A DNA stretch of 35,988 nucleotides from NCBI GenBank assembly GCA_964408285.1, contig CAYOYV010000016.1:1-35988 (forward strand). The letters are read 5' to 3'. Positions 24,715 through 33,237 of the stretch are shown piece by piece; position 1 is the stretch's first letter, and each line of letters starts with the position of its first letter. The position numbers were made by a program, and so were the translations under genes. The DNA comes from an uncultured Nitrososphaerota archaeon (lineage in GTDB: Archaea > Thermoproteota > EX4484-205 > JAAOZO01). Below the pieces are notes generated by a model, which did not search any database, had not been told where the DNA came from, and saw only the letters and a list, made by a program, of their open reading frames with translations.

Positions 24715-26295
24715 CTAATCTCCTGACCGTGCCTCTATGATTTGGTATTCTAATCCAATTCCCGCGTCAAGATGAACAGTCCTCCAGGCTACGGACCACC
24801 CCTCGTATGTAGAGGCATCCAACTGAGTCTTGGAAAAGAAGGGCACTTCGATTGAGCTTTGCTTCATCAGTGAAATTATGCTCTGCTTCAGTTCTTGGCC
24901 AATGGGCACAAAACCTTTTCCCGAAAGCTCACCTGCTAGAGAGAGGAGATGCTTTGACTCAGTGAGGAGATCTCCGACTCTTTTCGAGGACCCTGACGTC
25001 GAGTTCAGATATTGAGTCACTGTGTCCAACACGGCTTTGAGAGACCTATAGGTCTGAGGATCAGCCTCAATGAATACATTTCCCTTTGATGGCAAAGTGA
25101 GGATTAGGCCTCTCGGATAGGAGTAGAGCAGAAGAAGATAGGAAGGCAGTGCGGGACTGGATGAAGCCCTTAATTCGCCCTCTCCTTCTGTGGCAATCCT
25201 CGTCGGACCAATCGTTGAGATAAGTTGGAGCCATCTTTTGTCCAAGGAAAGAGCATCGGCTTGAGGCAAGCTCGGCTGCTTCATTTCCGATATCAATGCG
25301 GCAAATTTCTCCGACATTGAGACCGATTTGCCATCAGGCACAAGATTGGAGAGTGATGGCCTTTCCGAGAACAACTGAGTCTGGAATGGGAAATGCCAGT
25401 CTCCTGAAGTCGCTTTCACGAAAAGATCAAGCTTGCTCTGATCCCGGAGATTGTCCTCATCCAATACTCCCCCGAAGCAGGACGCACTTGCGGTGGATAG
25501 CCTAAGGGCATCGATTCCGGTGGCGTTGTTCAATCCGTTGTAGAATTGTGAGAGAGCAGACCAGGAACCGAAATCGGTGGCCGTGATGAAACCAAGCATC
25601 ACAAGCAGGTGAGGGTCCCTGGACCTCTCAACGGAGGTCGAATACTGGAGCCAGCTGACGGAGCTGAAGAATCTCCTCAGTTTTTCCGAGTAGCGAAATC
25701 TGCCAACGGGCCCGCCTTGGACCATAGCTGGGTCGGCCACTTTCAGAGAGGCAAGATAGCTTGTGCAGATTCCGCAAGAAGCATAATCCCTTGAGCCTCG
25801 CAGCAGACCGATTGAAATCCTCAGGATGGCGTGACTCTTCGTTGCCTGATCTCTGAAGTAGGCGGAATCCTTCATTACTTCCTCTGACTTCTTGAGAGCG
25901 GATTCCATTGCCTTCTCGTAGACCGGGACAACTATGTCCTCTTCTGTCCACGACAGGGCCGTCAGGATGTTCGAGGCCGACAGATGCAACATCATGTCCC
26001 ACGTTATGACTGATATCTCCTGTGACCTGTCGAGCGAACTCTCGTTCAGAAACTGGGCCTCTGCCTTTGGGATGTAGAGGCGGGATAGTGAATCCGCAAC
26101 CAGATTGACTTGGTATTGGGCAGCACCGGGCGCAAGCTGAATGCCGAACCAGCCCTCGCGTCCCTTGTCCAAGGTTGTTGCCTCCTTGCCCAAGGCAATC
26201 CTAAAGCCCCCGGGAACAACGAAGAAGACTGCGGCCGAAACGATTGTGGCCATGAGGACACCGGCGATGCTGTAGAGGATTTCCTTCCTTGACAA
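24715..26295 (-). CDS. Membrane-anchored/secreted hypothetical protein with weak DUF3160-like motifs
   Basis: N-terminal TM/signal; ITWDMMLH....IL.....EE, GRFRYSEKLRRFFSSVSWL and FIEADPQTYRSL resemble DUF3160 blocks in the same order. Confidence 0.5.
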   Translation of the reverse strand: MSRKEILYSIAGVLMATIVSAAVFFVVPGGFRIALGKEATTLDKGREGWFGIQLAPGAAQYQVNLVADSLSRLYIPKAEAQFLNESSLDRSQEISVITWDMMLHLSASNILTALSWTEEDIVVPVYEKAMESALKKSEEVMKDSAYFRDQATKSHAILRISIGLLRGSRDYASCGICTSYLASLKVADPAMVQGGPVGRFRYSEKLRRFFSSVSWLQYSTSVERSRDPHLLVMLGFITATDFGSWSALSQFYNGLNNATGIDALRLSTASASCFGGVLDEDNLRDQSKLDLFVKATSGDWHFPFQTQLFSERPSLSNLVPDGKSVSMSEKFAALISEMKQPSLPQADALSLDKRWLQLISTIGPTRIATEGEGELRASSSPALPSYLLLLYSYPRGLILTLPSKGNVFIEADPQTYRSLKAVLDTVTQYLNSTSGSSKRVGDLLTESKHLLSLAGELSGKGFVPIGQELKQSIISLMKQSSIEVPFFSKTQLDASTYEGWSVAWRTVHLDAGIGLEYQIIEARSGD

Positions 26296-26345
26296 CGATA
26301 TTGAGAAGTTGGTGCTGTTACGAATAAATCTAGTTTCTAGAACAT

Positions 26346-26792
26346 CTAGAATGGCAGGGATTTATATGCTCTGTAGACTTCATACCAAGTGAAGATCAAG
26401 GACAGCCCGCCAAAGGCAAGGAAGAGTGCGCTTTCCCTGGTTACTGCCCTGAAGAAGAAAACCAGATACACTGCGAGGAGTACCGTGAGGAAAAAGGCAT
26501 AGAAGAGGAATCTGGGCAGTGGACGCCCGCCTATGTAGACGAAATTCCTAAGGGGCCCAATCCTTGCTGCCTTCTTCAGGAAGTAGGTCGTTGTGTCACC
26601 CATCCTATCTATGAGTCCAACGTCCCTGAGAACCTCCAGGTGATGGAGGGATATGCTTGGGCTTGAGAGGTTGAGCGATCTCTGAACCTCCCTCACGGTG
26701 ACTGGTGCGCCTTTCCCAAGCACGTACCAATAGACGGCCCATGACTTTCCTCTAAGCCTTAACTCGATCTCTTCCTCCTTAAGGGAAGCCAA
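26346..26792 (-). CDS. wHTH transcriptional regulator with two C-terminal TM helices
   Basis: LRGKSWAVYWYVL....VTVREVQRSLNLSSPSISLHHLEVL..GLI, then PRFLFYAFF and two hydrophobic helices. Confidence 0.85.
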   Translation of the reverse strand: MASLKEEEIELRLRGKSWAVYWYVLGKGAPVTVREVQRSLNLSSPSISLHHLEVLRDVGLIDRMGDTTTYFLKKAARIGPLRNFVYIGGRPLPRFLFYAFFLTVLLAVYLVFFFRAVTRESALFLAFGGLSLIFTWYEVYRAYKSLPF

Positions 26793-26850
26793 CGGTCATA
26801 CCGAGCACAAATGATAAATAAAGTATTTCGTGCATGCCAATCGCACTGTC

Positions 26851-28305
26851 ATGAGCAGGGATTCCGAGAAAGTCACGTTCAATATCAGCAAGAAGGAGGA
26901 CTTCTCAGAATGGTACAACACCATAGTCAGGAAGGCGGAACTCATAGACGACAGATACAACATCAAGGGTTTTGTCGTCTACAGACCCTATGCGATGAGG
27001 ATGATAAGGGGAATCTACGAGTTCCTTGAGCAGAGGCTCGAGGCAAGCGGCCATTCCCCGGTTCTTCTTCCGTTACTGATTCCCGAGGAGAATCTTCAGA
27101 AGGAGGCAGAGCATGTTGGGTTCAAGGCGGAGACCTTCTGGGTGACAATGGGCGGTGATGAGCAGCTGGCGAAGAAATATGCGCTGAGGCCCACCTCCGA
27201 GACCGCCTTCTATGAGATGTATTCGATTTGGATAAGGAGTATTTCTGATCTTCCGGTGAAGCTCTACCAAAGTGTTGCGGTATATAGACACGAGACCAGG
27301 GCAACCAAGCCACTGATCAGGGGTAGGGAGTTCCTGTGGATTGAGGCTCATGATGTTTTCGCCTCAAGTGAGGAAGCGCTCGATCAGGTGAGGACCGACG
27401 AGACGACAATGAAGGAGGTGGTGAAGGATCTCCTGTCAATTCCAGTTCATTTCATAAGAAGACCCCAATGGGACAAGTTCAAAGGAGCGGTTGACACATA
27501 CGCCGCAGATGCCGTTATGCCTGACGGAGTCACGCTTCAGACTGGTTCCACTCACTACCTGGGGCAGAAATTCAGCAGGGCCTTCAACGTGACCTACGAT
27601 GACAAGGACGGAACGCACTATGCAGAACAGACTTGCTTCGGTCCTGGAGTCAGCAGGATCCTTGCTGCGGTGATCTCGATACACGGAGACGACTCCGGAC
27701 TCATACTGCCAATGTCCATAGCGCCGGTGCAGATTGTGATTATTCCGATACCTGGAGAGGGCGTCGATGAATACGCTGGGGTCCTGAAGAGGACGATATC
27801 GGACATGAACTACAGAGTTGAGCTGGACGAAGGCGAGCAGACTCCAGGCTCCAAATTCTACAAGTGGGAATTCTTGGGGGTTCCCCTCAGAATAGAAGTT
27901 GGACCAAGGGAAGCTTCTGCATCTAGTGTCACCGTGGTCGATAGGTTGACCAAGAAGAAAGAGCAGTTGGATCTCGAAGACCTTGGACAATTCCTGAAGG
28001 GATTCCAAGAGGCGCAATCAGAGGCATTGCTCCAGAGGGCCAAGGAGAAAGCGGATGAATTCACATCAACGGCTTCGGATGTTTCTGAGGCCAAGCGGAG
28101 AATGTCAGAGGGAAAAAGGGTGTTCGTGGTTCCATTCTGTTCGATTGAGATGGATGGTGAGAAATGTGCTGGCAAAGTTGAGACAGATTTGGGCCTGGAT
28201 ATTCTGGGGGAAGAACTTGATGCGGAGAAGCCAAAGCAGGGCGAAAGGTGCTTCGTATGTGGCAACCAGGCACGAGCCTTCGTATATGTCGCTGAGTCCT
28301 ACTAA
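26851..28305 (+). CDS. proS: Proline--tRNA ligase, archaeal/eukaryotic type
   Basis: FSEWY, LRPTSET, YRHETRATKPLIRGREFLWIEAH, HYLGQKFS, C-terminal Cys cluster and terminal Tyr. ATG 26851 preferred to GTG 26830. Confidence 0.97.
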   Translation: MSRDSEKVTFNISKKEDFSEWYNTIVRKAELIDDRYNIKGFVVYRPYAMRMIRGIYEFLEQRLEASGHSPVLLPLLIPEENLQKEAEHVGFKAETFWVTMGGDEQLAKKYALRPTSETAFYEMYSIWIRSISDLPVKLYQSVAVYRHETRATKPLIRGREFLWIEAHDVFASSEEALDQVRTDETTMKEVVKDLLSIPVHFIRRPQWDKFKGAVDTYAADAVMPDGVTLQTGSTHYLGQKFSRAFNVTYDDKDGTHYAEQTCFGPGVSRILAAVISIHGDDSGLILPMSIAPVQIVIIPIPGEGVDEYAGVLKRTISDMNYRVELDEGEQTPGSKFYKWEFLGVPLRIEVGPREASASSVTVVDRLTKKKEQLDLEDLGQFLKGFQEAQSEALLQRAKEKADEFTSTASDVSEAKRRMSEGKRVFVVPFCSIEMDGEKCAGKVETDLGLDILGEELDAEKPKQGERCFVCGNQARAFVYVAESY

Positions 28306-28347
28306 CCTTTATATCAGTAATTTTTCCGACGGTATAATAGTTCCAAA

Positions 28348-28638
28348 ATGGCAAAGAAGAGGAAATCTGGCGGAAGGGGAGGAGGTGGCAAGGGACGCTC
28401 CGGCTTGGTCCAGTGTGCGAATTGCGGGGCCCTCGTTCCAAGGGACAAGGCGATCAAGGTCTCCAAACCAGTTTCCCTAGTTGATGCTTCTCTCGCAAGG
28501 GAGCTCCGCAAGTCTGGAACGTTCATCCCCAGGATCTCGACGATCAAATACATGTGCGTCTCATGTGGAGTTCACACGGGAGCGGTGAAGGTTAGGGCCA
28601 GGGAGGAGCGGAGATTCAGGCCGGGTGAACTGGCCTAG
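28348..28638 (+). CDS. rps26e: 30S ribosomal protein eS26 (S26e)
   Basis: KKRKSGGR, VQCANCGALVPRDKAIK, CVSCGVH..VKVR.REER. Confidence 0.96.
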   Translation: MAKKRKSGGRGGGGKGRSGLVQCANCGALVPRDKAIKVSKPVSLVDASLARELRKSGTFIPRISTIKYMCVSCGVHTGAVKVRAREERRFRPGELA

Positions 28639-28956
28639 ATGGCTGTGGAAAGGCTCAGGAGAAAGCTGACCACCGAGAACCTTTGGATACACATCCTTTC
28701 ATCCCTCAAAGAGAGGGACATGTACGGTTATGAGATTGCCAACCTGCTCAGGAAGGAAAAGAGGGTGAATGTGGCCATCATAACAGTATACACAGTCCTG
28801 TACAAGATGGAAAGGGAAGGATTGATAATCAGGAAGTCCGGTGGCGCGCTGAACCTGAGGAAAATCTATTATGGGATAACCGAGAAGGGAAATGAAGCCA
28901 TCAGCGCTGGTATTGCGTTACTCCGCGATACCCTGAGCAGCATAGGCGGTGTCTGA
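28639..28956 (+). CDS. PadR-family transcriptional regulator
   Basis: LWIHILSSL...MYGYEI....TVYTVLYKMEREGLI....RKIYYGITEKG. Confidence 0.9.
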   Translation: MAVERLRRKLTTENLWIHILSSLKERDMYGYEIANLLRKEKRVNVAIITVYTVLYKMEREGLIIRKSGGALNLRKIYYGITEKGNEAISAGIALLRDTLSSIGGV

Positions 28957-28961
28957 CCCAA

Positions 28962-29564
28962 TTGCTCGGCACCCTCAAGAAGCTGCTTCAGAGGATGATG
29001 AGGCCGTTCGCCAAGGCAGCAAGATCACTGGGACTTCACCCAAATCTAATCACCATTGTTGGATTCATCTTTGCGATTCTCTCTGGGTATTTCCTTTTCT
29101 TGAAGCAGCCAATATATGCCACTGTTCTCCTCCTCATCTCAGGCGCTTTTGACCTGCTTGACGGATTTTTCGCGAGATCGTCTGGACTGCGCTCCAGATT
29201 CGGTGGGACTCTTGATGCAGTTTCCGATAGGTATGGCGAATTCCTTGTGGGAATCGGCGCTGCGTTTGGAGGCTATGTGTCTTGGGAACTCTCCGCCTTG
29301 ACCATATTCAGCATGATTCTTCCAAGCTATGTTCGGGCGAGGGCTGAATCCACAGGAGGCATGAGGGATTGTTCCGTTGGCGTGCTTGAAAGACCGGAGA
29401 AGATCTTGTTCATAGCATTGGCCTCCCTTTTCCTTGCTCTTGATCCGAATTCACTCAGCTATGGATTCATGCTTGTCGTGATCCTAGGACACATAACGGC
29501 ACTTCAACGGTTGTTCGCTGTTTGGCAGAATGACAATAGAGTACACGCAAACAAAAGATATTGA
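28962..29564 (+). CDS. CDP-alcohol phosphatidyltransferase (archaetidylinositol phosphate synthase-like)
   Basis: HPNLIT, DLLDGFFAR.....SRFGGTLDAVSDR signature, SYVRARAE, GVLERPE. Confidence 0.92.
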   Translation: MLGTLKKLLQRMMRPFAKAARSLGLHPNLITIVGFIFAILSGYFLFLKQPIYATVLLLISGAFDLLDGFFARSSGLRSRFGGTLDAVSDRYGEFLVGIGAAFGGYVSWELSALTIFSMILPSYVRARAESTGGMRDCSVGVLERPEKILFIALASLFLALDPNSLSYGFMLVVILGHITALQRLFAVWQNDNRVHANKRY

Positions 29565-29674
29565 GGTTCAGAACCTGACCGACGATTTATCTGCTAGCAA
29601 GCTGAGTCTCCAACCGGGCATAAGAGATTAAAACCCAGAGTCTTGGACTTCTTTGATCAAGGTAGAGCACGAAA

Positions 29675-31582
29675 ATGAGGAGTCTGCAGATACATTGCTC
29701 CAAGTTCGAGTATGAACCCCTATCGAGGGCGGTCGAAGGGGCGGAGGAGATTGAAGTGAAGGGAAGGAGGTCATTTGGAGACTGTCTCGTGAGCTTCATA
29801 ACTGTGGAAGGTGGGGACCTAAGAGATCCAGGAGGCATAGGCTCTGAAGCTGCAGACTCTATAGGGGAGCATGCCAGAATGGTGAAGACCAACACGATCG
29901 TTGTCTATCCCTATGCTCATCTTTCGAGCAGCTTGGCCACAGCAGAGCCCGCGAAGAAAGTCCTTGAAGAGGTGGCCTCGAAATTGGCAGCGCAAGGATT
30001 TGAGGTCCACAGAGCCCCATTTGGATGGTACAAGGCCTTCAACCTAGTGAACAGAGGACACCCGTTGGCTGAGCTCTCAAGGACTTATGTTGGAAAGGAA
30101 GGGCCACTGGTGCAGCCAGAGGGCAAGGACAAGTTCATCAAATTCTACATAATTGACGCAGAGGGAAGAGAACACGAGATAACGCCTGACAATTGGAAAT
30201 CGAAGACAGAGATATGGGACAAAGGTGGTGTCTACAAGCTGCTCTGGACGTTCGTGAGGAATGAATTGGAAGGAAGGCCTCCTTCAGGGGAGAGTCCAAA
30301 GCACATCGAGTACATGAGGAGACTTGAGCTACTTGATTACGCTCCGGAGAGTGATGTAGGGCACATGAAATGGTATCCAGGTGGAGTCCTGATAAAGGAT
30401 CTGATCACAGACTATGCCCTCAAGAAGATCGCATTGCCTTGGGGGGCGGTGAAGATGCAGAACCCCATCATATATAGGACCGATGTGGAATCCATAAAGA
30501 AACTCCAGGGGGAGTTCCATGAAAGGGACTACATCCTTGAAGAGGAGGGAAAGGAATTCGTCCTCAGATTCGCAAGTGATCCCGGCGCTTTTCCATTCGT
30601 CCAGAGGACCATGCTGACATACAGGCAGATGCCCTTCAGGGTATACGAGGAGGCGATATGCTTCAGGAAGGAGCAGAGAGGAGAACTGACCGGTCTGATC
30701 AGGGTCAGGAATTTCTGGATGACGGACCAACATGCCTTCTGTACCTCCGAGGAGCAAGCACTCGAAGAATACAGGAAGCTAAGCGTTCTCTTTGCAAGAT
30801 TGATGAGGGATACTGTGGCAGGCGAACACTGGGTGCTCGGCTTCGAGATAGTTGAGGATTTCTACGAGAAGTATAGGGGATTCTTCTCAGAACTCATGCA
30901 TGAGATCAATGTACCAGCCTTCTTCAAACTGATGAAGGAAATGACGCACTACTACGCCTTCAAGAACGAGGGACAATGCATCTTCTCAGATGGGAACAAC
31001 GTGCAGGTATCGACAGTACAATGGGATGTCAAAAACGGTGAGAGGTTTGGCATAGGATATGTGGACAAGGAGGGGAGGAGGAGGAGCGTTCCCTTCATCA
31101 TACATGCCTCTTCCTTTGGAAGCATTGAAAGATCAATGGCGAGTCTTCTGGAGAATGCTGAGTGGATGAAGGTCGAAGGTAAGCAACCGATGCTTCCAGT
31201 CTGGCTCTCGCCAGAACAGGTCAGGATAATACCTTTGAACCCCGGAATCCAACTGGCGAAGTCTGTTGAGATAGCACAACAGCTGGAGGAGAATGAAATC
31301 CGGGTCGGAGTGGATGACAGGGACATGAGCCTGTCGAAGAGAGTTATGGAGGCAAAGAGACATTGGATACCCTACCTCGTTGTCATCGGCGAAACTGAGA
31401 TGAAGTCGGACGAACTACCCGTCACGGTCAGGAAGGATGCAAAGTTGGACGAGGACTTGAGGAAGAAGATGACCGTCAGGCAATTGATGGATGAAATAAA
31501 GCGAGAGACTGAAGGTATGCCTTTCAGGAGGTCATACCTGCCCACTCTTCTGAGCATGAGGCCAATCTTCGTTGGTGGATAA
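29675..31582 (+). CDS. thrS: Threonine--tRNA ligase, archaeal type with N-terminal editing domain
   Basis: VVYPYAHLS, APFGWYK, GHPLAELSR editing domain; FRKEQRGELTGLIRVRNF motif 2; GSIER motif 3; PVWLSPEQVRIIP anticodon domain. Confidence 0.95.
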   Translation: MRSLQIHCSKFEYEPLSRAVEGAEEIEVKGRRSFGDCLVSFITVEGGDLRDPGGIGSEAADSIGEHARMVKTNTIVVYPYAHLSSSLATAEPAKKVLEEVASKLAAQGFEVHRAPFGWYKAFNLVNRGHPLAELSRTYVGKEGPLVQPEGKDKFIKFYIIDAEGREHEITPDNWKSKTEIWDKGGVYKLLWTFVRNELEGRPPSGESPKHIEYMRRLELLDYAPESDVGHMKWYPGGVLIKDLITDYALKKIALPWGAVKMQNPIIYRTDVESIKKLQGEFHERDYILEEEGKEFVLRFASDPGAFPFVQRTMLTYRQMPFRVYEEAICFRKEQRGELTGLIRVRNFWMTDQHAFCTSEEQALEEYRKLSVLFARLMRDTVAGEHWVLGFEIVEDFYEKYRGFFSELMHEINVPAFFKLMKEMTHYYAFKNEGQCIFSDGNNVQVSTVQWDVKNGERFGIGYVDKEGRRRSVPFIIHASSFGSIERSMASLLENAEWMKVEGKQPMLPVWLSPEQVRIIPLNPGIQLAKSVEIAQQLEENEIRVGVDDRDMSLSKRVMEAKRHWIPYLVVIGETEMKSDELPVTVRKDAKLDEDLRKKMTVRQLMDEIKRETEGMPFRRSYLPTLLSMRPIFVGG

Positions 31583-31642
31583 TCTTCGCCGAAAGCTTGG
31601 CCGTTGTTCGAATGACGTATTAAGAGCCCAATCTGATTCGTA

Positions 31643-32179
31643 GTGGAATGCACGTTGGAATTCTATGAAGTGATCAGGACAAGGAGAAGCATACGTTCCT
31701 ATGAGCCCGACGAAATCCAAGACGAAGTATTGCGGAGGATACTCGATGCTGCGAGGATAGCTCCCTCAGGCTCGAATAGACAACCGTGGAAGTTCATCAT
31801 AGTCAGGGATGCCGATGCAAAGGCTAGGATTGCGACCGCCTGTGGTCAGCAAGCCTTCATTGCTGACGCTCCCGTCGTCATAGTTGCTTGTGGGAAGAAC
31901 ATAGAATACAATAGAGGGGGCTATATGGGAGACTTCAGCATGCTGGTCGACGTGTCGATTGCCATGACCCAGCTGATATTGGCGGCAAGGGAGGAAGGAC
32001 TCGGGACCTGCTGGATAGGAATGTTCGAGAACGAGCCTTTGAAGCAAATGCTTCATGTTCCTAGGGCTTGGAATGTGGTTGCAGTGACACCCGTCGGATA
32101 TCCCACCGGCCAAGCATTCATGGAGACAAGTGAGAGGAGATCGCTGGAGGAAATAATCTCCTACGATAGGTTCGATTAG
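31643..32179 (+). CDS. Nitroreductase family protein
   Basis: RRSIRSY, ARIAPSGSNRQPWKF, LAAREEGLGTCWIG, GYP. Start GTG 31643 or TTG 31655. Confidence 0.93.
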   Translation: MECTLEFYEVIRTRRSIRSYEPDEIQDEVLRRILDAARIAPSGSNRQPWKFIIVRDADAKARIATACGQQAFIADAPVVIVACGKNIEYNRGGYMGDFSMLVDVSIAMTQLILAAREEGLGTCWIGMFENEPLKQMLHVPRAWNVVAVTPVGYPTGQAFMETSERRSLEEIISYDRFD

Positions 32180-32207
32180 GAGGACGACTGCAGAAGGGAC
32201 GACGTTC

Positions 32208-32990
32208 CTATTCCTCGCTCGGGAAGAAGTACTTCCTCACCCTGAGGGTTTGTAGTAAGCCAATGGCCGACACGAGTATTCCAAGAAAGCCGGTTAGGAG
32301 ATTCTCCAGCTGATGTGTTCCGGAGGGGGTTGGCACGAACTCCGCATTCAGCGAGTAGAAGATCTGATAGACGGACAAAGGGACTGATATGATCAGGGCG
32401 AGTATGCCGAGAAGGTAGAGGGGAGAATTCACCCTCATGAGCCCGAAGGCAGCGACGAAGAGTGCAATCCCAAGTCCGATGAGGATGATTCTAGATGCGA
32501 GGACAGAATCGAAGGGACTCGGATAGAAGACCTCCACTTGACCGAAGAGACTCAGTCCGGCTAGAACTATGTTCCACGCGCCCCATATGAGATACATCGC
32601 GGCAGCTGGAGTCACCCCTTCCAGCGAGTAACCTTCAAACGAGAAGAATCTTTTCCTCGTTACATAGTAACCTGTGTCGGCCCTTTGGGCAGTTCTCCTT
32701 CTCTTCCATACCTCTATGTTGAAACCACAATTCGTGCAGTACTTTTCCCCTTGACCCAACTCAGTTCCACAGTTCGGACACTTCATGATCTGAGGTGGCG
32801 GTGGAACTTCGCCGGGTGCAGCTTGGGCCTGTCTCGGAGCCGCAGGACCTGGAGCGGGTTGTTTCGGCTGCTCCTTCCTGGCTTCAGGTTCGACGATCTT
32901 CGTCCCGCAATTCGGACAGAAGCCCATCCCCACGGGAACATCTGAACCGCATTTGGGACATTTTCTCGTCCTGCGACCGAAATCAAACAT
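32208..32990 (-). CDS. Double zinc-ribbon membrane protein (two CxxC..CxxC modules, Pro-rich linker, four TM helices)
   Basis: CPKCG....FCPNCG, PAPGPAAP..PPPP linker, CPNCG....YCTNCG, then four hydrophobic helices. Confidence 0.85.
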   Translation of the reverse strand: MFDFGRRTRKCPKCGSDVPVGMGFCPNCGTKIVEPEARKEQPKQPAPGPAAPRQAQAAPGEVPPPPQIMKCPNCGTELGQGEKYCTNCGFNIEVWKRRRTAQRADTGYYVTRKRFFSFEGYSLEGVTPAAAMYLIWGAWNIVLAGLSLFGQVEVFYPSPFDSVLASRIILIGLGIALFVAAFGLMRVNSPLYLLGILALIISVPLSVYQIFYSLNAEFVPTPSGTHQLENLLTGFLGILVSAIGLLQTLRVRKYFFPSEE

Positions 32991-33196
32991 TGCTGCCGGA
33001 CGTAGTTGGAGTGTGCTCTTTAAAGTTTTGCACTCCGGCCCAGAGAAAAAGGGATTATTTCACTCAATAAAATAGGGTTCGAGCTTCACACGGATCCGTT
33101 ATAGAACTCCGTTGGCACGATTAGAACTACCACTTCAATTTCTGGGCTGAAGACTATCTAACCCCCAATGAGTGAATTGGTTTTGGAATTTGAAGA

Positions 33197-33228
33197 TAAA
33201 AAATAAAATATTAGGGGGTTGCCCCCCT
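33197..33228 (-). terminator. Hairpin plus U-tract terminator of the large surface-protein gene
   Basis: Minus strand after the stop: GGGGGG CAA CCCCC then TAATATTTTATTTTTTA. Confidence 0.7.
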
Positions 33229-33237
33229 TCGTTTTTC

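Noticed and set aside
22931-28480. Antisense and alternate-frame ORFs over nop5, fibrillarin, rnhB and proS
   Set aside because: Overlap well-supported conserved genes and have no recognisable domains.
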